Shown: positions 1 through 13,508, counted from the first letter of the stretch. The stretch is DNA of 64,000 nt from Octopus sinensis (GCF_006345805.1 NC_043000.1:51956001-52020000); one strand, 5' to 3'. The notes: generated by a model from the letters alone, not told the origin. Numbers and translations: made by a program.

Positions 1-2084
1 CCCAACAAGAAGAGATCCAGTTTAGTTTTAAAGAAACCCACATCCACACCATGTAAGTCTCTCAGGCATTTAGGGATGATGTTAAAGAGCTGTGGTCCTC
101 TGAAACCCAAGCTGTTGCAGTATCTGGACCTGTATTTTGATGGTGATGTTGGAATCCTTGGCACCACGCAGCGGTTGGAGTAACTTTGAATGCCAAAGTT
201 TGGGACAAGACCCTCCAGGATTTTCCAGATGTATATCACTGCATATCTCTCCCGCCTCCGCTCCAGGGAGAAGAGGTTTAATACCTTCAGTCTTTCCCAG
301 TAGCTGACATTTTGCATTGAGACGATTTTCTTTGTGTAGCTTCTCTGAGTTGCTTCGAGTTCTGCTGTTTGTTTTATATTGTGTGGTGACCAAAGTTGGG
401 AGCAGTAGTCCAGCGGCTGAGACAATGTTTTCCATAGGACCATCAGTGTCCCTTCTCTCTTGTTCTGAAAGTTCGGAGAATCCATCCAGCTAGCCGTCTG
501 CATTTTATCACCAGATTAGCAATATGCATTTGGAAAGATGCATCATTGCTCATGTCAATGCCCAGGTCACGCACTGATTTTGACTCAGGGATTGCAATTC
601 TTCCTGGGCCAGTGTATCCAGTCTTCACGTCATTTACCTTTGTGTGCCAGTAGCGCAGGGCCTGAACTTACCTGCATTAAACTGCATGTTGTTGTCCTCA
701 GCCCACCTGTATATTGTGTCCAGCTCATGTTGCAGATGCGCAATATTTTCAGGGTTTTGTATTGCGTGGGAGACTTTTGTGTCATCTGCATAGCTAGCAA
801 GGGTGGTCATCGTAGCAACTGAAGGCATGTCTGAAAGGGCCTATGAACATCAGTGGCCCCAAGACAGTGCCCTGTGGGACACCGCTTGTTATTTGCGTTT
901 CCCTGGAGGTGGCTCCATTGCTCACAACTGCCTGTTTTCTGTCTTTTAGGAAGTTGTGCAGCCACTCTCCAAGTTTCCCGCCTATGCCGAGACCACGCAG
1001 TTTGTGACAGATCATACCGTGGTCGACTTTATCAAAGGCTTTTGCAAAGTCAAGATATATTACATCCACATTTGAGCCATTTAGTAGCTGTTTCACACAC
1101 CCAGTCATAGTGTTGCAGGAGCTGTGTTAGGCAGCCTCTACCTGGTCGAAATCCATGCTGGGTGTCAGACAGTAAGTCATTTTCTTCAAGGAACATGATT
1201 AGTTTTCTTACGGACTATTCGTTCCATGACTTTGCTGATGTGTGAGGTCAGAGAGATAGGCCTATAATTTTTAGCATCTGCTCTGCTACCTCCCTTATGG
1301 ATAGGGCATATTACCCCCTCTTTCAGTTTGACTGGGAGCTTACCACTTGCAAGAAAGCTCTGAAAAAGAAGCTGTAGCGGTTTTGCAAGGGCTCGTTTGC
1401 ACGATTTGAGAAGGATCGCTGGGAATCCATCAGGTCCAGCAGCTGAGTTTGTGTCAATCTCATCAATGGCTAGTGTGATATCATCTTCTTCGATGTTGAT
1501 GTACTCAATTTTTGTCTCTTTGGTCGCTGGTAAAGTGGCAAAGAATTCTTCTGGGTTGTTTACTTGCCTGTGTCCTAGAGGTGTAGTGAACACACTTTGG
1601 AACTGTTCATTCAGTATTTCACTTATCCTCGTGGGATTTCCTGTGAGAGAGCCATCTTTTTGGAAGAGAGGTCCTATTCTCTGGTGCACTGTGGCTGTCT
1701 CTTTGGCAAACTTAAAGAAGCTTTAGGGTTTGATTTTATATTTCTATTACCCAAGCTTCTTTATCTGCTCTCTCCTTTTCATGGGACTGATGTAGACTTT
1801 TCTCAGTTTCCATTAGCATTCTTTCGAGCCGAGACTTCTCACCACTTTTGGTGTGCTTGCTCAGGCGGTTTGCAATCCTTGTCCGTCGTCTCATAAGAAT
1901 CCTCCTTCTCTAGGGATCCTGTTTTTGTTCTTGTGTGTGCTGGCCCTGCACATTGGGACATATTTGTCACATATGGCTTGTATTATGGACATGAAGTGTT
2001 TGTGTTTCATGTTTATGTCCGGTGTGGAGAGACATTCAGGCCAATCCTGTTTGAGGATCTCTTTCTCAATCGACTTCCAGTTGG

Positions 2085-2087
<3 letters not shown>
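1..2087 (-). mobile_element. CR1/L2-group non-LTR retrotransposon ORF2 (linker + RT + C-terminus), frameshifted, 5'-truncated, runs off window start
   Basis: Consecutive - strand ORFs give RT motifs NYRPISLTSHISKVMERIV, VIYLDFAKAFDKVDH, GVPQGTVLGPL and YADDTK. Upstream reads ANWKSIEKEILKQDW...NIKSNPKA and abuts (TA)n at 2088. Confidence 0.92.
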
Positions 2088-2130
<43 letters not shown>

Positions 2131-2434
2131 CACACACATATACATACACACACACACGTATACATACGCACACATATACTTACACACACACATATACATA
2201 CGCACACATATACATACACACACACATATACATACACATACATATACATACACACACATATACATACACACACATATACATACACACACACATACATACA
2301 TACACACACATACATACATACACACACATACATACACAAACACATACATACATACACATACACACACACATACATACATACATACACACACACATATATA
2401 TATATACACACACATATATATATCTATATATATA
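2088..2434. repeat. Compound (TA)n/(CA)n microsatellite
   Basis: Directly visible; source of the YIYI/HTHT ORFs. Confidence 0.97.
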
Positions 2435-2624
2435 GGCGTAGGAGCGGCTGTGTAGCAAGTAGCTTGCTTACCAACCACATGGTTCCGAGTTCAGTCCCAC
2501 TGCATGGCACCCTCGGCAAGTGTCTTCTACTATAGCCTCGGGCCAAACAAAGCCTTGTGAGTGGATTTGGTAGACGGAAACTGAAAGAGCCCGTCGTATA
2601 TGTATATATATATATATATAATAT

Positions 2625-2655
<31 letters not shown>

Positions 2656-2853
2656 CTGTGTTTGTCCCCCGCCCCAAATCGCTTGACAACCGATGCTGGT
2701 GTGTTTACGTCCCCGTAACTTAGCGGTTCTGCAAAAAGGTCCGATAGAATAAGTACTAAGCATACAAAGAATAAGTCCTGGAGTCGATTTGGTCGACTAA
2801 AGGCAGTGCTCCTGCATGGCCACAGCCAAATGACCGAAATGAGTAAAAGAGTA
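2435..2853 (+). mobile_element. SINE family A (tRNA-like head, internal microsatellite, 3' body), full-length
   Basis: Head ggcgtaggagcggctgtg...ggttccgagttcagtccc (B-box-like). Same sequence recurs at 14745, 35953, 54969 and 63410. Confidence 0.85.
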
Positions 2854-2857
2854 TGCA

Positions 2858-2888
<31 letters not shown>

Positions 2889-3193
2889 ATATTTGCAATT
2901 TTGAAGTGTTAAACATCCGAAAAATATTCTATAGTGCTCATAATGTTCAATTAACATTTTCATACTTTCGTAGTAATTATCAGATTTCAAAATGTACAAA
3001 CCAGACTCTACTTCAACTTTATTCAACTGAGATTTTACTCTATACACAATTTATACATATTCGGTAAAAAGGAAAAAAATGAACACACACAAACACATAT
3101 ATGTGTATGTATATATAATATATATATGTATATGTATGTATATGTATATATGTATATATAGTTATATATATGTATGTATATACATATGTATGC

Positions 3194-3229
<36 letters not shown>

Positions 3230-3366
3230 GTGAGTGTTAAAGAAAGAATTATTTATATTCTATAAGTAACTCCTATAAGAGTTTCTTATATGCTTATCCA
3301 CATACATATATGAATCTTCTTATATGTAAACGCATACACATTCGTAGATATACATGCATGCATGCA

Positions 3367-3416
<50 letters not shown>

Positions 3417-3991
3417 CATATACATATATACAACCAGTCACGCATATAGATTTACATATATGCACATATACACAGGTACATATACACAAATATGCGTGTT
3501 TATTTTCATATATACACACATCCCCCACATATATAATCACACATTTAAACACACGTGTATACTCAAAGACATCGTTACAGATATTTCATTGAATATAATA
3601 GAAAACAAAATATAATTATAGAAGAAAATAAATCTATTTCTGTGGCATTAATTCAATATATTTCCGGTTAAATTCATATTTCATTTATTTTTTTTCAGAA
3701 GAGTAATTAACGGTTTATACACGCAAAACGCCTTAAGTAAATAGGAATCTCTAGTATATGATAGTGATTCATTTAGAATTTAATAAGTTATACTGTTAAT
3801 GTCATTTAGGCTTTGATATTTGTTTCCTTTATAAACACCGAGCTTCGACACAATGTGGTATTATAATAGGAGAAAAAAAAATCACCTGTAGCTTTTTCAA
3901 ATTAATTTTCATTCACACCGGTATGCGTGCGTGTGTGTGTCTATGTAAGTATATATAAATACATAAATGAACATAAGTTATATATATATAT

Positions 3992-4035
<44 letters not shown>

Positions 4036-4204
4036 CCACACTCACATATGCACACACGTAAATGTCGAACAATGAGAATATATATATATAGACATGAATA
4101 TATAACATACACATTGTATATATCCATGTGTATGTGTATATATATATATATGTACACACTCACACACACACAGACATGAATATATATCAGAAATATACGT
4201 TGTT

Positions 4205-4240
<36 letters not shown>

Positions 4241-4790
4241 TAGATAGATAGATATGAATATATATCAAATATATGTTGTGGGAACACACACACATATATA
4301 TACACATATATTTGTGTGTGTAGACATATCTCTCTCTCTCTCTCTCTCTTTAATATATATATATAGACGCTAATATTGAACAAGGAGAATGTGTGCTCAG
4401 TACCGCATTGGCGGACAGACATTCGTTATTTGTGTGTTAACGAGGTCACTAATGGTTTCACCTAAAGCGGAGCCTCTTAACAATTATTGTCTGCCACCTT
4501 GGAACTTTGGAGCTCGGTTCGATTTGAGATGAGAATACATGAAGTTACACGAGATGTAAGCGATTTCGGGATAAATAAATAAATTAATATATATCGTGGG
4601 AGGGTAATTATGAGATCTTGTTTGTTGTGTCCCTTGCATTATCTCAGGGATCTTTCCAAGTAATTGCGTTCAACATGGACTGATTAATTCCGTAATCCCT
4701 TTTGTGTGAGAACTCTCGTGCAATTCATAAATATAAATACATACGCATGTGCACATTCATAACCATACAAAATATGTGCCCAGAGACAGG

Positions 4791-4848
<58 letters not shown>

Positions 4849-4910
4849 CCATGGAATTTTAGATTCATAAGTTTATGTGTATATGTATTTGTTTTTCTGT
4901 GAAATATCTT

Positions 4911-5242
4911 CTCTTGACCCCCTTCGGTCATGAATGACCATGGGATTACACCTAGAAAGTTACCCTCCTAGACACAAGTCCGGGCAAGGTTGTTTATGGA
5001 AAACCAGCAGTCGCCCATGCATACCAGCCTCCCCTCTCCACGCCACCAGTGTTATCCAAGAGAAAGACAAGGGTCGATACAGCTTGGCACCAGTGACGTC
5101 GCAACTCATTTCTACAGCTGAGTGAACTGGAGCAACGTGAAATAAAGTGCCTTGCTCAAGAACACAACACGCAGCCCGGTCCGGGATTCGAGCTCACAAC
5201 CTCACGATCGTAAGCTCGACGCTCTAACCACTGAGCCATGCG
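4911..5242 (-). mobile_element. SINE family C (tRNA-derived head, CORE-like centre)
   Basis: Reverse complement begins cgcatggctcagtggttagagcg...gagctcgaatccc (A and B boxes), then gtgttcttgagcaaggcacttta. Related copy near 18010-18210. Confidence 0.75.
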
Positions 5243-5399
5243 ATCTACTGTCTTAAATACGTGTAATACAGAATTTTCCCTGTAATGAGGGAATCCTGCA
5301 TAAGTTTATGGGAGTATATATCTTTTATACATAATTTATATATGCATATAATTGATGTCCAGGAAAGCAATTATCCAGGTTGGATGGGTGGCAAAGTGG

Positions 5400-5660
5400 G
5401 TAGGTAATCGATCTTGAAATTTCGAACCATGATTTGTTGCTTGTGCATACAGAAGGAATAAGAATTATTATGAAAAATAAATGATCTCCTTGCATTCGTT
5501 ATAATGGCAATATCAGTAGCAGAGATGGTTATGTATGCTTTATCAAGCTCAAGTGCCTTTTGGTGCACTGCGTTGGAGATCGTGGAGTTTTACTCCACGA
5601 TGTCGAACAGGATGAATTTACATTTGAGTTTATCATCAATTATCTTGAGCCACTGAAATG
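5400..5660 (-). pseudogene. Penelope-like element reverse transcriptase remnant
   Basis: Manual translation QWLKIIDDKLKCKFILFDIVE*NSTISNAVHQKALELDKAYITISATDIAIITNARRSFIFHNN matches the PLE RT motif KFxxFDIxEFYPSI...KAL...II.NARKS. Confidence 0.75.
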
Positions 5661-7076
5661 ATTTTGATTGGTCTCACAGTGCCATTCGAAAGTAGAATAG
5701 AAGAAGCACATTTATTCAAGACCAAAAAATTACGCCAGTTTGGTTATCAGCCTGAGGGTAGCAAACATTTGAGTCAAGCTTCTCGCCACAGATGTTGTAG
5801 CCAGAGAGTTTTGTGGGCAAATCTGTTAATGAACTAATGAATCAACTCTCAGTCAATGAGAGAAACAAAACCAAAGTCCTAAAAGCATTATTAGAGACAG
5901 CAGAGAGATGTTCCCGCTGGACCTGGTCTAGGAGGAACAAAACCGCCCCCCATACCGTTTTAAGACAATATATTTTATTTTAATGCTAAGGGAAGTAGCG
6001 CTGAGTGAGTCAGCTGAGTGTAGCTTCTTCCCTGAAGACCTACTGTTCAGCCCTCTTGAGAGTTACCACAAATGAAGTGTGTGTGTATATATATATATAC
6101 TTTATAAAAAAAACAGCAAAAATATCACCCCCCCCCAGCAAAATATCACAAAAACTGTTACTCAGAGTTTCACGTTCCCGTTTGTTGGACAGTTTTGTTT
6201 AGAATGGAAGAAAAATAAGGTTATACGCAAAAATATACAATTAGTTTGAGAGATGCACATTTGAAAATGGCTTTGTTTCATTGGTCCTTTCAACTAATGG
6301 TCTTTTCAAAAACCGGTTGTAAGCAGTAACAAATTGCGGTATAAAATCATATTATTATAAAAATCGAAGAAAACCTTAAATCAAAAATAGCTTACAAAGA
6401 AGGACAAAGCCTGAATACCCAGAGTAAATAATTAGCTGTAAAATATTAATCAATTAATAAATTAAAAGTTATATCCGTTTAAAATTTTTTCACGCTAGAT
6501 TAAACATACATTTAGCAGTATATAGGAATGCCAAACCATCTATAATATACATATATACACTAAACATACAGACTTAGGTACATAACTGCATACATATACA
6601 GACATATATAGGCAAAATAGAAATATATATACAAATGCATACATATGTATGCACGCACACATACGCACGCGCACAAAATCTCCTGGCGTCTGCTTATACA
6701 AGTTGTTACAGGCGAAACAAAGGGATGGAAAAAATCAGAAAATATTAAGTATGGGGGCGGAAGAAGAAAACAGTAGAAAGGAAGAAAATGAAATAAAAGA
6801 AAAAGAAACAGAAAATTAAGGAGAGAAAGGGGGAAAATAGGGGTAGAGAGTGTTACATGATAGAGTTCGAAAAGCATCTAAAAACGATTAGATACTTCGT
6901 TTAACTTGTGCAACGAACACAAAAACGCACGCATAAAATTACATGTATATCTACATAAATACAAACATACATACAGATATACACACATGTAGATACGCAT
7001 ACAAATATACAAAAATATGCGCGCAAATACATGTCCACATATATAAAAGTATATACACATATACATACACATTTAC

Positions 7077-7115
<39 letters not shown>

Positions 7116-7252
7116 TACAGATAAAGGAGGGAGATACGAATTCACTTGTCTATATAAATGTGGATATGCTGATTAGCTTCTGTATGTCCCGATGTGGCCT
7201 GGTCGGAAATATGGAGGGTAAGATTTCCTAGCATTTCTGGATTTATCGGAAT

Positions 7253-7312
7253 ATTATGTTGATGAAGGAAATGGATCTTTGATTCTAATCCAGAAACGTA
7301 TGCGTCCATAAT
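7253..7312 (+). ncRNA. Degenerate type I hammerhead ribozyme
   Basis: Stem I AUUAUG/CAUAAU (6 bp), core UUGAUGA (C3U), GAAA, self-complementary stem III ACGUAUGCGU, GUC site. The stem II closing pair is disrupted. Confidence 0.55.
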
Positions 7313-7495
7313 TGACCGTGGACTGTTTGATTTCGTTATTTTTCTTCGTTTTTTTGCCATATAATGAGTTACAAATACTGTTGTCGATGGGGACGTATTT
7401 TTGTAGTAAAAGAAATAACAGTCCTCTGGCTGCCATTTCTAATACTTTCGGTATGTGGTCTAGCAACTTGTTGCAAAGACCCTCATTGTTATAAT

Positions 7496-7529
<34 letters not shown>

Positions 7530-8026
7530 CATACACACACATATGTATACGCACACATACATACATACTTACAATACATACATACACATAAAAATATAGA
7601 CATGTTCACATCAATATAAACATATACATCATAACGTATATATAAGCAAGATATTTTTAAAAACTGTCGGGTGTATATAATATTCAAATGTAAAAATAAG
7701 GAAATTGTACACTAATTTGATATGGCATAATTAAATATGTGAATAAACAATAGAAATAAACGTCGGCGAAACTTAAGCTTAAATTTGTAAAACAGTGGAA
7801 GGCTTTCTTAAAAGTAAAGTCGAAATATGCACTAACAATGCAATGCAAAATAGCTATAACGTGCTAAGTCGAATTCAAAAGGGACAGTCAAAATGTTTCG
7901 AAAGTCAAAACATTTTACCCATAAGGTGTTTTGTCGGTTGACATTTTAAACTTTGTGGCTGTTTCTACTTCGCGGATTCTCACCTATCGCGGGGTTTTGG
8001 AACGTAACACACGCGATAATCGAGGA

Positions 8027-8057
<31 letters not shown>

Positions 8058-8126
8058 ATACACGCATTTGTGCATGCGTACGTATGTGTGTGTGTATGTG
8101 TGTATGCACACTGTGTATACATACAG

Positions 8127-8211
8127 TGTGGCACCTTTGACAGTTCTCTTCTACTATAGCCAACCAGAAACTTATGAATGGCTTTGGTCGACGGAAACTG
8201 AAAGAAGCCTG

Positions 8212-8213
<2 letters not shown>
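8127..8213 (+). mobile_element. SINE family A fragment
   Basis: gtggcacc...cttctactatagcc...gacggaaactgaaagaagcc matches the 2435 copy. Confidence 0.65.
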
Positions 8214-8277
<64 letters not shown>

Positions 8278-9170
8278 GAGCAGCCATGGCACCCGGACGT
8301 GTTTTCCATTGCTCTGTTTTGTAAGTAGTTGAAGAAACAGAAACCATATCAACTCAAACATCTCTAAATTTTAATTCCTAATTCTTGCGAAAGTTGCGAT
8401 AAGAAATCAACAGAAGATAAATTTTGACCCCATACTACCTGCAATAACCTGTGGAAAAAGAAATTATTTCTCGTGAGTACAGTATAAATTTCTCCTGTGA
8501 TTCTATTGAATATATACGCACACACACATATATATATATATAATATATATATATAATATATATATTATATATATATAATATATATATATATAACCACTAT
8601 GCCATATGCCCAAGTGGTTAAGAATGCAGTCTACTAACCCCAAGATTCTCAATTTGATTCTTAGCAGTGAATGCATTCCCTTATTATTCTCTCTCTTTCT
8701 AATTCTTCTTCTTCGTCTTCTTCCTCTCCGCTACCTCCTTCCTTACTTTACTACAATTGCTGTTTAGAATAACACCTACGCAAATATTATAAACAATACA
8801 CTCAAAAGAGAGGTCTCAAGAATTCAGTTACTACTATCATCCACAACAAGTCACTTTCAGGGCAGTTGACCATTTAACATCCTACTACTATCACGGGATT
8901 CTCGCATTCTTCTTCTTCTTCTCTGCCAAGAATTCATTACGACCTCGAACCCACAAGAGTAAACAAGTGATACAGAGACAGGCAGAAACAAGGAAGATGC
9001 CCTTTGTACTTGAATACTATGCAAACATTCTTTTAAAAAACTTTTCTTTTAATTTTTCCAAAATTTAAATGTTTTCCATACTTACAGTTGAAAAAGTCTC
9101 AATGACTGAAACCGGTACTAAAATGTTTTTTATAAAATTATATTAGCATTTTCTACCTTGACTTTTTTCC

Positions 9171-9231
<61 letters not shown>

Positions 9232-9746
9232 GACGCACACATACACAAAATAGATTTACACATACACGAGTGAAATGAATTAGTTTCGTTCTATCTTATA
9301 ATTTGTGTTGATTTACTGTAAGTGAATAATTGAAGGCATCACGTTTTACTCCACCATCCAGTAGTAGCATCACTTCATGCATACTTTTTTCTTCCTCTTA
9401 ACCTCAAATGCTTCCCCACCTCTTTCCTCTACATTCTCCTTTCAAATACCACTCCCTTTGCATATCTCTATGACTCGGCCAAATTGGTCCTATCGAACAC
9501 CACTTGCGAAATGACCTTGCTTAAATTCCTCACAACTCTCCCACTCCCTTATGCTTTTTTATTATTTTTCTCTTTTCTGTATTCCGCTTTTTCGTACATT
9601 CCTAATTTTCTCTTCACAATATATTCTCCACTCTAATCGTGCGCTCTAACATTATGATCGAATCATCCGTGCATTAACATGTGCTTCCTTTTGATTGGAC
9701 TCACAATGCCGTTCGAAAGTGAAATAGAATAATCGTGTCTTAACAT

Positions 9747-9830
9747 GGCCTGAAGAGTAACTTGCGGTATACACCTCGCTTGCATAACCACCACCTACGG
9801 GGTTTCGCTCGCTAGGAAACATATGTAACC
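9747..9830 (+). ncRNA. Degenerate type I hammerhead ribozyme
   Basis: CUGAAGA at 9750, GAAA at 9816, palindromic ACAUAUGU, GUA site. G.G replaces the G10.1-C11.1 pair and stem I is only partial. Confidence 0.5.
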
Positions 9831-10074
9831 CGGATATTATGTACTCTATTCCTTAACTCTTGTATTTTTATTCGCATACCTAACAACCTCGACTGCCTGC
9901 CGTGAAATCTAAAATAATTTTTCAGCTTACCATACTTCGATACGGAAAGAAAAATTGCACAACTTTCCACCCCAATAAACCACTTTTGTTCCTGAAAGTT
10001 GTTCTTTATATTTTATACGATTTGCTTGAAACTCACCTTCCCACACCTTGATCTTTGGATCTTATATATATATA

Positions 10075-10760
10075 CAGGGTGGTCCAAAAGACACCGAGGG
10101 TTTTTAATTTTTAATAACTTCCTCATATTTACAAGTAAGTGTATAAAATTTTGATTCAATATAGAAGAGATAATGGAAATGAATTTGCATCAGTCTGTTT
10201 TCATCATACCCACCCTGTTATGTATGAAAAATGTCAACTTTAAAATGGCAACCATTTTCAGCTTCACACATCCATGCCCTTTCTAAAATACGATCCATGA
10301 CAGCTCTAAATGTTTCAGAGTCCAGTACCCTGATTTCTCTAGTGGTAATTCCCTTCAATTGCTCCTGGGTTTCTGGTTTGTTGACATGAACCTCCTCCTT
10401 GAGGTACCTCCATAAGTCAGGGCTGGTCAAGTCGGAGGAACGTAATGGCTAGTTGACATCTGCAGTAGGGAGAGATGATTCTTCCTCAAAAATATTGCTT
10501 CAGCAACTGTATTATCTCTCTTGCGGTACGAGCAGCTGCCACGACCTTGCATCGCTCCCCAGTCACAGTGACAGCATTCCCATCATCGTCCTCAAAGAAA
10601 TAAGGCCCGATTATCTCCTCCACCATAATTGCACAACATACCCTACACTTTATGAGGTGCAATTCTCTTTGGTGCTCTCTGGGTTTGAATAATTGACCCC
10701 GAGTTTGCTAGAACAATTTCACTATTTGGGTACATTGTGCTGTGCTACATTTTTCTATAA
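10075..10760 (-). mobile_element. Tc1/mariner transposon remnant, maT/rosa (DD37D/DD41D)-type transposase C-terminal half with one TIR
   Basis: Translations IGPYFFEDDDGNAVTVTGER and SPDLWRYLKEEVHVNKPETQEQLK; TA-CAGGGTG terminus at 10073-10081. Confidence 0.8.
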
Positions 10761-11424
10761 TTAATTCCCATGACCTAGTTCATAAAATCCTTGTAAAAAA
10801 AAGTGAAAGCTAAAAGAATTATGAAAGATTGCGACCCCTCCGTGACATTTTGTAGGCTACCCTCTCTCTCTCTCCCTATATAGATACTAACACATACATT
10901 CATACACACATTTGTATAAAGTTGACAGGTGAAGTACGTACATATGATGAGGAACTCTCCTTTCTTTTTTAGCATATGAGGGTCCACAAGTTAGGGATGT
11001 CTGAAGTTGTCTGATCAGAAGTAGCACTGGAAATCAAAATGGAAGAGATTTCCAGCATAATTCTTGAATTACTTTGCAACTATTGGTGTGTGACAAAAAC
11101 TTCTATAGCACACCCCAAACTTACAATACGTGGGGACAGCTGTGTCGTTTAGACTTAGGTCAGAAAATTTTATCTATCTATCTATTGATATATATATACA
11201 TACACACAAATGCGCACGAACACACACAAACTCTTAGAGGAGGTTTAAATCTGGTAGCCTTTATAAGTGCAGGGGTTGCTGAAAAAACCCTCCTTGGTGA
11301 ATGAAAATTATTTGGTAAATGAGTTTATCTTACAACATAAATTCACTGATGAGTCACAGCAAAACAACGGTGACCATGTACACACACACACACAGACACA
11401 TATATATAAATATATATACATATG

Positions 11425-11473
<49 letters not shown>

Positions 11474-11499
11474 CCAAACAAAAAACAAACACAAAAAAC

Positions 11500-11655
11500 A
11501 ACAATGCGAGGACGTGGTACATGTAATGTTTTAGCAGACGCTCAGGAAAGGAAAGAAAGATGGTTTAAAGTTTCGAGCAGACGCTCTTCATCGGAAACAG
11601 AAGAAAGTATAATAGAAGGGAAGACGGAGGAAGAAAATCGCCAACGATTCACATG
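11500..11655 (-). mobile_element. Short non-coding repeat family X with degenerate hammerhead (11563-11598)
   Basis: Clearly similar to 34860-35040 (gacgctcaggaaagg, gtttcgagc...gctcttc, gaaaatcgccaacgat). Core reads CCGAUGA-A-GAGC...GCUC-GAAA; stem I GUUU/AAAC. Confidence 0.65.
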
Positions 11656-13050
11656 TGGCTACATTTTGAAAAATATATACAGAGAGAGAGTGAGAGAGAG
11701 AGAGAGGGAGGGAGAGAGAGGGGATAGATAGATGGAGAAGGAGAGGGAGAGAGAGAGAGAGGTGGAGAGAGAAATGCAATTAAATTTCAAAGCTAAAAAC
11801 CCAGATTTCAAAATCACAACTTAAATTCGAAAGAGGGTATATATCTGCGTTGTCGATCGACTTAACAGAAATAGGACCCAAATTCTCTCAAACCACTCTT
11901 ACTTCGGTACTAAAGATGCAGTGGTTAATACCGTCTTAGATATATTAGCTCTTAAATGAAGACTGTGTAGTTGATGCTTTTATCTACGATATGTACTACT
12001 AATCAGCTGCATTCGAAACCGGATTTCAAATATACATTCTCCCTCACGATCTGTCCTCTCTGGTTATTTATCCGCCTAACTGTGCATCAATCTATACCAT
12101 TGGTTCGCTCTCGACGTTCTCTCATTCGCATACTCCTTCACTATGTAGGTGTGTGTGTGTGTGTGTGCGTGCGTATGTGTGAGCGTACGTGTGTGTGTGT
12201 GTGTGTGTTTAGTGAAAGAGAGATAAATAGGCAGACAATTAGTCACCTTCTGAAGACCAGGTTTTAAATAAATACCTATAAATCACATTTGTCGTGATAA
12301 ATGTATCATTTCCTCATTTCATCCCATTTACTGAAATCAGAAAGGAAAATCCACCTGATTTTCTTTTGTTCCTCTTCTACAGAAATTGTTGCGAATTCCT
12401 TTCAGATTTACGTTTGAGATCGTCAAGTCGTCTATTTATTGTTCAATCAGGAGCTTCTATTTCTCGTATAGCATAATTTCGAAAATATACACACAGCGAA
12501 AATTTCAATACTGTCAAATTATTTGTCTTTTGTAATACCATTTCCACAGCAATACAAAATACAGCAAAAGCGAAATAAAATAAAAATACTCCACTCCACC
12601 AGCAAAAAAAAAAATATATAAAAAAGAATCAAAACAAAACCAAAATCAAAACAAAAACAAAGCAAAAAAGAGAACAGATTGAAAATTGATCAAATAAAAA
12701 GAAATGAACAATTTTGAATTCCCATCAAAAAGATTGCATACTGTGCATTTAAAAAAAAAAAATGATAGATCGATCTATCTGCAGTCATTCATACGATTTA
12801 TGAGAATACATTACAAGACCTATATAAGGAAGACTAGTATAAATAGAAAGTAAACGTGTGTGGGTGTGAGTATAGAGACACTCACACAAAACACAGACAC
12901 ACACACACACACCTACGTATATAAATATACGCACAGATCAATATGAACATAGATACACTCACATGTGCAGATTTAGAGACATCTGTATAGATACACATGC
13001 ATGCACATAAAAACAAGAATATGCATATATATATATATATATATATATAT

Positions 13051-13460
13051 GATGCGTGTGTGAATATATTTACATACACATATAGGTGCAGGCGTGGTTA
13101 TGTGGCAAGAAACTTGCTTCCCAACTACATAGTTCCGGGTTCAGTCCCACTGCGTGGCACCTTGGATACATAGCTTCGTGCCGACCAATGTCTTGTGCGT
13201 GAAATTGGTAGACGGTAACTGAAAGAAGCCTGTTGTGTGTGTGTATATATATATATATATATAATATATATATATATGATGCGTGTGTGAATATATTTAC
13301 ATACACATATAGGTGCAGGCGTGGTTATGTGGCAAGAAACTTGCTTCCCAACTACATAGTTCCGGGTTCAGTCCCACTGCGTGGCACCTTGGATACATAG
13401 CTTCGTGCCGACCAATGTCTTGTGCGTGAAATTGGTAGACGGTAACTGAAAGAAGCCTGT

Positions 13461-13470
<10 letters not shown>
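13051..13470 (+). repeat. Direct tandem duplication (227 bp period) of a SINE A head flanked by (TA)n
   Basis: Units starting at 13051 and 13278 appear identical by eye over about 190 bp. Confidence 0.92.

Positions 13471-13508
<38 letters not shown>

Noticed and set aside
5170-5242. Possible tRNA gene (also the heads of SINE A and B)
   Set aside because: A/B boxes continue into SINE bodies repeated elsewhere in the window; no complete cloverleaf.
6685-6720. ggcgaaac with an upstream weak hairpin
   Set aside because: Core strand absent and pairing poor.
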